Assembly (NCBI GenBank): GCA_016906335.1
Contig: JADEYG010000015.1
Span: forward strand, 930,001-994,000
Direction: 5' to 3'
Length of the DNA: 64,000 nt
Source: Novakomyces olei
Lineage: Eukaryota
Shown here: positions 27,222-38,705 of the stretch, piece by piece
How positions within the stretch are numbered: position 1 is the first letter of the stretch
Layout of the letters: each line of letters opens with the position of its first letter
The notes under the pieces: model-generated
Told to the model about the DNA's origin: nothing
Seen by the model: only the letters and a program-made list of their open reading frames with translations
The model's database searches: none
Position numbers and translations under genes: made by a program

Positions 27222-27929
27222 GGCAGCTAAGTATAAACAGCCAAACGCACTTCAGGAATCAATGGCCAATTCAATATGGATGGATGTTGTTTGGACTGCT
27301 TAAAAGAATATTATTGAGCTCGCTCCACCTGACCGAGTGGTGTTTAACGATATTTGACTTGTAAATTTTATGTATAATATCTTCGTTGTTTCATATTCTT
27401 CGCCATTAATTTTTGTTCATTTTTGCCTGTAGCATTGGCAGGTAGGAGGTGTTCACTATGTATCTGTATGGATCACTTCGGATTTGAAATGTTCTATAAT
27501 ATGAGCTCGGAAATAGCCCGGATATACAAGGCGTTGGCCAAGTACTGAAAAGAAATCTATGAGCGATTGTTTAATTACGCAAAAAGAGCAAGATCATAGG
27601 AGCCCATGTAAGTATCAGCGTGGTGTAATGCCCAACACATTTGTCACCTTTACATGGCAAAATAAGTCGATTTGTAATCTCGTTTTGAGTGCATTTGAAG
27701 AAGTCACATTAAATTGATTTTGTAAAGACAGACGAGGTCACAAAAAAGATGTGTTAAAGCAAAATTGGCGCATTTTACTGTATAGATAAACCTTAGTAAT
27801 TGTATTGCATCTAGACGATCAATGGAAAGCAAGTTTGGCAAGCATAAAGCGTGTGCCAACTCTGGTCGCATTTAAACATTTGTCTAATGTGCCCCTCAAT
27901 TATAATTAGACGTTGTCTGAATAGCCCTC

Positions 27930-27939
27930 GTCACGTGAC
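27930..27939. promoter_or_regulatory. Palindromic E-box GTCACGTGAC in the ADK1/PDA1 divergent promoter
   Basis: Perfect 10-bp palindrome; function inferred. Confidence 0.4.
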
Positions 27940-28342
27940 AGGAAACCCATAGCTTTACTACTGGATGTTATCCCATATTAGATACTGTGTGGGATTTGCT
28001 AGGCCGAGTAAATGAATTAACGCCAGCGAAAGAAGAATATTAGCCAAACTCTAGTCGTTTCTCTAGATTATAATTATGATATTGGTTTGATTATCGTCAT
28101 TAAACTCGAATTTGAAAAGCGCTTCATCATGTCATACATTTCAGTCTTGGTTCTAAAAAAGCCATCTAGGCTGCTAAAGTTTGTGACTTTACGTGTTCTC
28201 TTAGAAAAACATAAAATGGCTACGAAACATAATAATCGTAACATAATAAAAACAATAGTCTCACGGTCGTCAGGGTTTTCACGAAAACGAAAAGATTACG
28301 GCGGCGGGACAAATTGGCGGCAAACGACCTTTCTTGAGAAAA

Positions 28343-29581
28343 ATGAGCAAGATGTTGGCTCGCGCAGGCGTGTCCGCTGTGCGCAGCCGCGCAACTGCAG
28401 CTTGCTGGCAAGCTCAGCAAGTTCGCATGGTCTCTGCCGATGCTGGAGTCACACATGGTGGCCCTCAGAAAGTGCCAGACGAGCATGAAGAAGCATTCAC
28501 GATTTCGCTGGCCGAGGATTCATTTGAAACCTACAAATTGGACACACCTCCGTCCCTTCAAATGGACGTTACAAAGAAGGAGCTTTTGGATGCGTACTAT
28601 GAGATGTCTGTTATCCGTCGCCTCGAGCAATCGGCAGATGCTCTTTATAAGGCTAAGAAGATTAGAGGCTTCTGTCACTTGTCCACAGGCCAGGAAGCAG
28701 TGGCTGTTGGTATGGAACAGGCAATTACCAAGCAAGATTCGGTAATCACTGCCTACCGTTGCCACGGTTTTGCTTATACTCGTGGCGGTGGAGTGAAGGC
28801 GATTATTGCGGAATTGTTGGGACGCCGCTCTGGTATTTCTTACGGTAAGGGAGGCTCAATGCACATGTTTGCGCCTGGGTTTTACGGTGGAAATGGTATT
28901 GTCGGTGCTCAGGTGCCGGTGGGCGCAGGACTTGCTTTTGCTCACAAATACACCAATTCGAAGCAAGCAGCGTTTATTCTGTACGGTGATGGTGCATCAA
29001 ACCAAGGCCAGGTGTTTGAATCTTACAACATGGCAAAATTGTGGGGTCTGCCTGCAATCTTTGCGTGCGAGAATAACAAGTATGGAATGGGTACAGCGGC
29101 TAATCGTTCTTCTGCCACCACTGAATACTTTACTCGTGGTCAATATATGCCCGGTCTTCGCGTGAACGCGATGGATGTATTGGCTGTGCGCCAGGCGTCG
29201 GCCTTTGCGAAGCGTTATACCGTTGAGCGTGAAGAGCCTATTGTACTTGAGTACGTCACTTACCGGTATGGTGGCCATTCCATGTCTGATCCTGGTACGA
29301 CTTACCGCACTCGCGAGGAGGTTCAAAAGATGCGATCTACACGTGATCCTATTGCGGGTCTCAAGAAACGTATCCTCGACTGGGGCGTAGCTGATGAAGC
29401 TAGCTTGAAAAAGCTGGACAAAGAGGCAAAGTCTTTTGTCGATGCAGAGGTCAAGGCGGCAGAGGAATCGGATTACCCTGAGTCGACACCGAAGATTTTG
29501 TACGAAGACATTTACCAGCGTGGATCTGAACCACCTTCGCTCCGTGGCCGTACACTTGAGGAGACATACTACTACAATTAG
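28343..29581 (+). CDS. PDA1: Pyruvate dehydrogenase E1 alpha subunit
   Basis: IRGFCHLSTGQEA, GKGGSMHMF, YGDGASNQGQ, TYRYGGHSMSDPG; presequence-like N-terminus. Confidence 0.98.
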   Translation: MSKMLARAGVSAVRSRATAACWQAQQVRMVSADAGVTHGGPQKVPDEHEEAFTISLAEDSFETYKLDTPPSLQMDVTKKELLDAYYEMSVIRRLEQSADALYKAKKIRGFCHLSTGQEAVAVGMEQAITKQDSVITAYRCHGFAYTRGGGVKAIIAELLGRRSGISYGKGGSMHMFAPGFYGGNGIVGAQVPVGAGLAFAHKYTNSKQAAFILYGDGASNQGQVFESYNMAKLWGLPAIFACENNKYGMGTAANRSSATTEYFTRGQYMPGLRVNAMDVLAVRQASAFAKRYTVEREEPIVLEYVTYRYGGHSMSDPGTTYRTREEVQKMRSTRDPIAGLKKRILDWGVADEASLKKLDKEAKSFVDAEVKAAEESDYPESTPKILYEDIYQRGSEPPSLRGRTLEETYYYN

Positions 29582-29733
29582 AGACTACCAGCTGGTTTAT
29601 AGGCAGTCGAGTAAGTTTTGAGATTAAGGCAGAAGCTATAAAATACAAATAATATTCCGTGTAAATGTAGCTTCAAGCTGTATTTTAAAATAGATTAGAG
29701 AGTCACTCATTTGCTGGAGTTAAAAATTAGGCT

Positions 29734-30354
29734 TTACGCATCCATCTCCCATAGCAAACGACGCTTCGCTCTAGCACTGCGAGCCTCCGTTTTCCGTGGA
29801 CCCCATGAAAGCCGTTTCAAAGCGAGCTCCGACTCAATTTGCCTTATACGCTCACTCGGCGCTGGGGCTACGATCTTTACAGCCCATGGTGAACAGTTGA
29901 ATCGCTTCACTAAAGCATTTACAGTCCATTTTCTCGGATCCTCTGCTCTTAATTGCCTTATTTCTTCAGCTTGAGAAACAGTCAGTTTCGAATACGCCTC
30001 TTCCCGCTTGGCTGCCGCCTTTTGTCGCGCACTGCGAACTATCGGTGGCAGTCTAGCACCTTTGCCCGTAGACACAATAGCGCTGAATCGATCCGTTTTC
30101 AGGCGCAATGTTTCAAGCTCTTGTCTCCGTTCAGCGGGAAGAAAAAGAGACGGTGTGTGTGCGATGCTCGGCATCGATGCAGGTGGATTAAACTCAATGC
30201 GTACCTCCGCGTCTTCATAAACCGTTTGTCCTACAGGTATACCACGCCGGAAAGGTAACCGTGGCCGGTGATGAGGATTTATTAATCCACGGCTCTGTAT
30301 CAACGGTCCAAGCCGTAAAATACTACGAGCACAGGAAATATTTGGCCTCAGCAT
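29734..30354 (-). CDS. MRPL20: Mitochondrial large-subunit ribosomal protein (MRP-L20/mL58 family)
   Basis: NPPASMPS...TPSLFLP and EIRQLRAEDPRKWTVNALVKRFNCS...WGPRK pattern; Arg-rich presequence. Confidence 0.75.
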   Translation of the reverse strand: MLRPNISCARSILRLGPLIQSRGLINPHHRPRLPFRRGIPVGQTVYEDAEVRIEFNPPASMPSIAHTPSLFLPAERRQELETLRLKTDRFSAIVSTGKGARLPPIVRSARQKAAAKREEAYSKLTVSQAEEIRQLRAEDPRKWTVNALVKRFNCSPWAVKIVAPAPSERIRQIESELALKRLSWGPRKTEARSARAKRRLLWEMDA

Positions 30355-30626
30355 CGTGTGTTCTTGAGCGCTATGAAAAGCTCTAAAGGTGCCGATCTTC
30401 TGCTGATGCTATTAATTTTTTATAGTCTAGAGTTCTACATTTTTATCATTCATGCAATATTCTTGCAAATAATCTTGCAATATTCTAGCAATATTATTAT
30501 ACACTTATCTGCTACACACAATGCTTTATATGGTAAATCGTGAACAAGATTACTTCGTTTTCCAATAATTATTACACTGCTTAATTGGCTCATCGACGGA
30601 TTGGACGTCTTTATCGACCCGCAACG

Positions 30627-31940
30627 ATGTCTTACACGGATCAGGAGATCCGGGTTGTGCCAGACCAGCATCTGTTATTAGAGCATTCGTTGCTACACGT
30701 TCCATATGAGCAGATGCGCACAAGCTTTAAAACTGCACAGAAATATTTGGAACGAGACATGAACAATATCATAGCGACAGCGAACGAACTAAGCCGCTCG
30801 AACAGTAGCGCAAACGACTTGTTGGCAAAATTAAATGAATTACAGAAAAAGGCCGAGGCCTTGAAATCAAAGGTTTGCTAAATGATTTAGACTTTGTTCG
30901 GCATTTTCAGATACTAACCCCTTAGATGGCAGCTGTACGGGAAGAGGAAGCAGTTTGCATTACGAAATCGCGCAACCGTATACAACATTTATGCCTTCTT
31001 GGTACATTCAAAAACATAAATGACCCACAGTACGAAGCGTGGGCTTCAGTGCGACTGGACCGACTCTTAGTGGACTATCTGCTAAGGAATGGCTTCACCA
31101 CAAGTGCACTTGAACTAACAAATGCCCGACACATCGAAAAGTACGTGGACATCGACGTATTCCTCCATTGCAAAAGCATTCAAAGAGATTTACGTAACGG
31201 ATCTAGCGCCTCATGTCTGGCATGGTGTCTAGAAAACAAGGCGGCTTTGCGAAAGCTAAAATCATCATTGGAATTTGAACTACGACTACAAGAATTCATC
31301 GAGTTATTACGGAATAAAAACTTCTTACAAGCTCTTCGATATTCTCGAAAACACCTTGCATCACATGCCGATTCTCATCTTGTTGATATACAAAAGGCTG
31401 CCGGACTGATGTCGTACTCGGATGCCAGTACTGTCCCAGAATACCAGGTTAGCTTAACTCGTCCCTACCTTTTGAATCTGCTAAGTTTTACAGAAGTTGA
31501 TTTCACCTCTTAGGTGGAGTCATTTGGCCGATAAATTCACTACAACGTATCGAGAGCTTTACGGTTTGACCCCGACACCAATGCTGAATATAGCTTTATC
31601 GAGTGGGCTTTCGGCCTTAAAAACGCCCACTTGCTATATGCCTTCGCGTCAGGATAATCATAGTTCTATTTCGTGTCCCGTATGCGATTCACGTCTCAAA
31701 TCGCTTGCCAAGGCTGTTCCTTACGCACATGCAGTTAGGTCCAGCTTAGTTGATAACATCACAGGAGAAAAGCTTGAAGGCCTCAATGAGCCGATCGTTT
31801 TACCAAGCGGCCGAGTCTATGGACATAAATCTTTAGAAGATTGGAATGAAACTGCTGGCAGTCCGTCTGGGTTTTATCGTGACCCAGTGACAAACGAAGA
31901 TTTTGACAAGTCACAAGCAAGAAAAATATATGTTATGTGA
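30627..31940 (+). CDS. FYV10: GID/CTLH E3 ligase subunit Fyv10/Gid9 (introns 30873-30925, 31448-31493)
   Basis: LisH RLDRLLVDYLLRNG, CTLH LAWCLENK...LEFELRLQEFIEL, GLSALKTPTC...CPVC, PIVLPSGRVYG. Confidence 0.9.
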
Positions 31941-32864
31941 TATCAATAGGGTGAGATCGAGGGATAAATGGAATGTCTTTGGAAGCTGTGAATCCATATA
32001 CCCTAGCACCCCGCTCTTCTGCCCTCCACGTGGACTGCTGATCGTCAAAGTCGCCAATTGTCCGTCGATGCGAATATTCGGGAAATGTCGACGAGACGAA
32101 CTTGTAACTCCGTGTACAAGCTAGATCTGCTGATTTCGCAAGCTCTCTGATATTCCAAAGATTATAAGGTTTTGTTTCGGCCAATACCACAACGATTGCT
32201 CCAGTCTCAGTTAAAATATGCCTGGCCGACTTAAAAAATCCTAAGAGTAGTTCTTCCACATTGAAATTAGTTATCTCTATCAATCTTGGATTTACCCTGA
32301 TTTATTCTAATAGCTCTGTCCTGGTCTTTGACTCCGCTGTACGCGTGAGCGATCAATTCTAAGCAGTCGGAGCCTACCTTCCAGAATGAGGGAAATTCCA
32401 TATGATTTTGTCCCATTTTTGGTTTTTGATTATCTTTTTCGCTTTGTTGAGAAGCCTTGCGTCTACTCCTAAATTCTGTTAGATCTAAATTGGAGTAAAC
32501 CAGATATACCATGTAAAATTGTTGTTCCACGGGATTTCAAATACGTTAAGTTTCCTTCACAACCTGCATACTTCGCCAGAAGATCCGACTCGTTGTCAAA
32601 GCTGGTGGCACATAAGCCATACCCATTACGAAGATGATATTTACAAATTGATAGTGCGTAGCTAAAATTTCCTATTCATTAAGATTTGAGAGAACAGCAA
32701 GCTTTACCTTCTCCTACCAAAAGAATCCGATCGTCTTCGTTGAAAGGAATTAGGTATGGCAAGTCGAGCGTCTTCAAGCCTGGTTTTGATGCCGTAAGGG
32801 TACTCTTCGCAGGTGAATTTATTTTCTGGATGTGATGTAGCCGCTGTTTTTTGGATCTGCCCAT
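31933..32864 (-). CDS. BMT5: 25S rRNA (uridine-N3) methyltransferase, DUF2431 family (multi-exon)
   Basis: ILLVGEG|NFSYA, ATSFD, NFPH, KDQDRAIRINQ, PYNLWNIRELA, FPEYSHRRT across short GT-AG introns. Confidence 0.85.
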
Positions 32865-33175
32865 GCTGGCGTCTTATCAATAAATTCAGATCGTTAGGCG
32901 AGTAAGATTGTCTTCCATTCGTTGTTACTTAGAATCTTGTAGATTAACAAGCTAGAAAGAGCTTCGTACAAGTTTTTAAATGCAGTTCCAATCTTCGACT
33001 ATAGATGATAATAGTAATACTAAGAAATAGATTTATTTTATCAAACCGTTGATATAAGTGATATAGAAGTAATAATTTACATAGTTTAAAAAAATCCATT
33101 ATCTAACTAACCCTAATGTTGAGAAGTCTACCTTTACTGTCAAGATGTAATACTCAATCTTCTAGGCTCATAGTC

Positions 33176-33407
33176 TGTTTGAATTATATTCAAGTTATTA
33201 TGCTGTTTGAACGGTGATAGCTTTAAATAAAGATTCGTAAAAATCCTCCAAGCTCAGATGCGCGATCAGGGATGTATACAATATTCAATAATATAAATCC
33301 GAAAATGTATAATTTGGAGACTTCAGTGATGTAGAGACAGAATTATCCATGTTGACAGAAATTTAAAGAAGGAAAGTTAAATTTTATGTAAAGTCCATTT
33401 CTCAACA
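33176..33407 (-). mobile_element. LTR family B copy with a degenerate tRNAiMet-type PBS remnant
   Basis: Minus strand TGTTGAGAAATGGAC...TTCAAACA followed by GACTATGAGCCT (compare GGTTATGAGCCT). Confidence 0.6.
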
Positions 33408-34996
33408 AATCATATAGGACACAAAATAGCTAATGATATTGTAGAAACATTCTTATGGTTTGACATCTTTATATGGGACGGGAATCCAACAAATCATGCG
33501 ATGTAAAATCAAATTAGTCATATTATTTGAAATGCTGCCTGGTTGCGCTTTGAGGTTGGTTGTCCGTACTTAGCCATATTTAACTCTAATTTTAAAGCAT
33601 TCATGCTAAACAAGAGAATCAAATCGACTATATAATGTATAATGAAGTCGATCCGTCTACTCGTGGCAAACAGTGCTGATTTACTAATAATATCGCTTGT
33701 GTGCGGCTATGATGGATACGTTACAGAAACGCCGCACTACATTCAGCATGGTAAATAAAGTAACAACAATTTGGCAAGATAGACAAAACCAATAGTGGTG
33801 TTTAAGGTAAATCTCATACAAAAAACTATGTGAAGCCAAGCGTAGTAGATCCTATCATTCATTGCTTTATGTATTTTCAAATTTATGATCGAGAGATTTT
33901 ACCCCGGACAGTTTATTTCGATTACCTTTTTAGAGAGTTTCTGCAGTGCGAATGACTCGTCTCTTCTTGGATTTTCAGATAAATAGCAGCCCGCCTTTCT
34001 TCAGCAATGCATATGTCCTGAAAATTGCATTAATTTGCATTAATCAAATTGTAATCAATAATTCGGATTTATAATGATATAATTAGCGTTAGATATTGCA
34101 AATTTAGTCATTTTGGGAATAAGAACGAGGAAATATTGGAAAGAGCGATAAATGTGAAAACAAATCGACTGCAAAAGCACTTTAACTCTTATATTTACAA
34201 TTTGACACTAATAATAGTAATCAGTCAATTTGAATATTATTTTCAAATACGGTAGACTTTATTTTCTCTTTTTGATTCATCTGGTCGCCTGTTAATAGTA
34301 GAATAAAATAAAATAAAATAAAATAACATAAAATTAAATTAAATTAAATAAAATAAAATAAAATAAAAAAAAATAAAAAAAAATAAACTAAACTATACAT
34401 GGAGCTCTGCTGAAGAGTAACAAGCCTATTTATTGGCTTTCGAAAATACTAAGAATGCTTTTTTGCGGCCCTGATTTACAAGGCCAAAATTCAAAGATAA
34501 GCATTTAGAGGAGAGGCGGAAAACTGAAGGGAAGATGTCTAATTCTTTGGTGATTGGTGACAGTCTAATAATAAGCTCATGATAATACTTATTTTTTCAC
34601 TTAAGACATGTTATTATTATATTACGTATGAAAAACAGATTTTTGTGGTGGCATTGCGTGAACATTATATGATAGCTGTCTCTGGAAAATAAGGGACAAG
34701 GCCATTGCTGCAAAGAGTCTATCTTAGTCTATGGTCATAGTCTTAGTGTACACATTTGCGAATAAAAGATTACCTTAGTAGCAACTCTAGGTTTAGAATC
34801 GTTCATCGTCGCTGTGGCGGTTTCCTAAGTTACGTAAATATTTTTACGACTTTCATTTAAATTGTGTCAAGCCTGTGTAACATGATAAGTTGAAAGGAGT
34901 TAGCCGGGCCACAAACAACCTATGAAAATAAAATCTTGAGTTTGTTCAGATAGAGAATTTACATCTAATACAATTAAAGCCGACTGAATTCAAAAC

Positions 34997-35256
34997 TATA
35001 GGAATATGTCAAGCTTGGACGTCACAGAAAAAGAACAGGAAGTTTGGCTACGGAAAAGAGGAGGAAAGGCTGGAATAGCTGGAATAGTCAAAATGGCTGG
35101 AGTGGCTGGAGTGGCTGGAGTGGCTGGAACTGAGTACAAAGAGGCTTGCGCTACCAAAGTGTAACTCGGTGGCTGGAACCAAAGAAACTATATAGTACAG
35201 CGTCAGTAGACTTAGAAAAGTAGCTAAAAGGAGATACAACACTATTCTCTACAACA
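34997..35256 (+). mobile_element. LTR-like repeat family C, copy 1
   Basis: High identity to inverted copies at 48266-48497 and 50911-51145; start TATAGGAA...TCAAGCTTG resembles the dimer LTR; internal TGGCTGGAG repeats. Confidence 0.75.
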
Positions 35257-36479
35257 AGCCAAATTAAATTTCTACAAAAACAATCCATTAAATCAAGGCA
35301 CTTAATGTTTAGCAATCGTTTTCTTTAATGTTCTGGCATTTAATTTCCTCGACAATAAAATGATATAAAAGAGCATGATTAAAAAATTCCAATGACATAA
35401 ACTTACAATTTAATAAAATGTTACAACAATAATGAATTTGTGATTTTAATCAGGTTCAAATGCGCCAGATAGCTTCAAATTTATAGATATGCTACACGGA
35501 TAAATCAAATTTTATTGTGCATTTTTTTTTTCAAAAAAAAAAAACATCAGAATGGTTAATTTGATTCTGTAACCTAGCAAATATTACAAATTTTGACGAT
35601 TAGTTTTTGAGACACCTGCATTTTATGAACTTACTTTAATGTACATTGTGAAAGACATTTTTTCTTTGCGTTTTTGGATAAGTGCATTGCAGCATATGAT
35701 GGAAAACATAAAAGTTTTTCAAAGATGCTTACGCGTTACAGTAACATCGAGTAGCACTATGTGATAGCTGCTGGAACTAAAAAACTCCAAATTATTGTTA
35801 TTGGGAATATTAATTTTGACTCACCTGGAAATAGACAACCATTTCTAAAATGTTTCAGGGTACCTTGGCCTAGTTATAAATTTATTTTTGCGTTTCTTTG
35901 AATACTGCGTTCATATCAATTAACTTCAGCAGTAAACGTTTCAATTTTACCATAATTAGAGTTAAATATGGAGATTCTATCAAAAACAAATTTTCTCACA
36001 ATTGAAACAACAGGTTTTAATTTCCATACCCGACAGAAAGTCTTTTTTTTAAATGCTTCAATATAGTTAAGATGGATTTGTGGAATATACGCTAACGTCT
36101 TTCGATGGAAAATAGTATGACCGATTCTGCAAACGAATTTACAAAGTAGAAAGTGAACAAATGAGAAAAAAATTGCTTGATAGCCATCTCCAGTAGGAAG
36201 AGCGTAAAACTCCACAAACTTCAACGTTTTACACGGCAATGTCTATAGGTCTTTTCATTTGGCATATCGTTGCATGAGTACGAAAAATAATCTTTTAGCA
36301 TAGCATTGTAAAACTAAAGTCTCAAATTTCTTACTCCAAGCTTTACAGGTTTTCAAGGATCATGATAGAGTCGGACTATCCTATTCAAACATTTGTGTTA
36401 TGAGTATAATATTTCGCTTTTTAAATCAGATGGGCCAATTGTGTCTCTTCAAATTTCCTTATTAACACTTATGTGCTCA

Positions 36480-38200
36480 ACTTGTGTGGCTGAAGGAATT
36501 ACAACAAAAATTATTTACGCTGAGATTGACAGGGTTTCTGTCCAATTGACAAGTTGAAATTAGATTGGCTGGCAGAAGGCTTTGAGAGGGTTTGAATCGG
36601 AAAAATTATCGCCTGATGAAGATATTGATGAATTGAAAGCCACAAAAGAACAGGCATTAAAAGAGCTCGATTTCCTGTTGCGAGTGCATTTAGGTTGTTT
36701 TAAAAGAAACCGAGTTTAAAATTATTATTATTGTTACTAGAAATGGGTAATGTTTAGAATTGGAACTAGCGTACGCGTACAGATTTCATGCGAGATAATA
36801 CAAACTTAAAACAAAACGGTCACATTCTGATACCTTCGGAACCTTTATTAGCTAAATAGACGAGCTTGTCCGTGAATAATCAAAAGACGGGAGGGATACT
36901 ACCGTATGATCAGTATACGAAGTTCTTACTAGTTGGAGTTGGGTCCAATTCTAAAATGTTTACATCTAAAATGTTGAATACGCATGCCGAACTTGCAAAA
37001 TATCGGCCCTCTCAGAGTTCCAGTTACAAGGGTTGCAAAGACGAAAAATCTGCAAAAGAAAGCAACGAAGGGGAAACAAAAGAAATGGCTATGGCAACAA
37101 CAGTGAAGTAATGCTTTTTTTATTACAAGATAAAGCATGTTGCGCAATTTTGATGATACGAATTTTACTGACAGCAAACAGTACGTTCATTCAGGCTACA
37201 AAACAGAACGGATAGTAATAATAGAGCAGCTATTATTAAACCAGTTATGCTAGTGAATGTAGAAAGAAATGGCATTTGGACTCTGTCGGTATAGTTCACG
37301 TCATCAACCGTAAATACCTACTGAAGCATACTGAAAGCCGTGACGCTCAATTGAGAACAACGCCAGTCATTTGCGATAAGATTGTGATTTTTCACCTGCC
37401 AAAGGGAAATTTATTAGGAGCTTAAAATTGACAAATGACGAAAATCAATTGGATTGAAGATTTTCTGGGACAGATAATTAAGATATTTATCTCTTGGACA
37501 AAAGGTAAAAATGACGGAAGAAATACTATACTAAATCTATTATAGGAGGGAAAAGAAATAATTGTGGAATATGAAAAAAATGTCTAGCAAGCCTTCTGAT
37601 AAAAGTGGGAAGAAGGAAGGGGCATTTTGGATATCTTTCATATGTTTTTAATGCGGCTATTGGAAGAAGGCTTTCATGGCAAGAAACATATTCTCGTCCT
37701 AGTTGATGATGCTTCTAAACTTTCTTGGATTGGCACTTCAAAATCAATTGGGGTGAATTGATAGACTATTAAGGAATTTATTCAATTTTGCAAGTTTTAA
37801 AAACAAAAGACCAAGAAAACTATGTGCTCCGGTAGTGAGTGACGAATTTATTGATCACCAACTTGAAGCGATTTCGCTTAGGTTGTATAATTTGCCAAAC
37901 GACGATAACACTAAGAATGGGGTAACTGACCGTAAGTTACTTAATGGACAAAGCTAGATAGACTAATAGGTTCTGCATCAGCAAAATATTTTCGAAAGGA
38001 AATGACTAGATAGGCTGCCCATCGAAACTTTAGAGAATAAACAATACGAGTTGAAAAGAAAAAACATTTTTGGTTATTACGTTTATTTACAAATCTGAAA
38101 GGTTTGAACATGAAACACAAATAATGCCTTCACTTTTTATTATTTAATTCTTTGGCGTCTATACTAATGAACTTTTTGACGAAGACGCAAAGCCGTGTTG
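36480..38200 (+). pseudogene. Heavily decayed copia gag-pol remnant
   Basis: Integrase-like EGFHGKKHILVLVDDASKLSW at ~37665-37735 and KNGVT at ~37915; many stops; boundaries approximate. Confidence 0.55.
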
Positions 38201-38688
38201 TGACGAGTGCTTATAAGTAATGAATACGAGCCTGTTTACTTCAATGGGTCTTGATAGACTAGGGTTTTTCGTCATCTGATTTTGCACGATAACATATTAT
38301 ATTACCCGAATAGGAAACGCACAATCTTGACATACTCACGCCCTTCCGTTGAAACATGCAATATTAAGAACTCGAATTTCTAGCAACTTTCCATAAAGTC
38401 AATTTTCCGGTGAAATAATAATAATAGATTCTTTCTGCACCTTAATTCAAGAATCCAATGCATTTTAAAGAGCCGGGCCGATAGGTGTTTATGCTTTGCT
38501 GATTCTTATAGGAAAGTATATCAAGCTTGTGCAGCAGCTGATTACTTAGAAAAAAAAAATGAAGTTTACCCTGGTAATTGTGACTGTCATTGAGAAGACT
38601 ATAAATAGATCTAGATAGAACTATGTTGGCTAACGAAATTGAATACAACACGTTTCAAATTAACACGTTCGAAATTATAGATTCAACA

Positions 38689-38702
38689 GATTAAGAGTCT
38701 GA
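38689..38702 (+). promoter_or_regulatory. Primer-binding site complementary to the tRNA-Lys(CUU) anticodon arm (second copy 43016-43029)
   Basis: GATTAAGAGTCTGA is the reverse complement of TCAGA-CT-CTT-AA-TC and abuts the LTR. Confidence 0.75.
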
Positions 38703-38705
38703 AAC

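Noticed and set aside
35916-36239. 107-aa ORF and other short ORFs in the TE block (e.g. 49635-49832)
   Set aside because: No recognisable motifs or gene structure; could be decayed fragments but unsupported.
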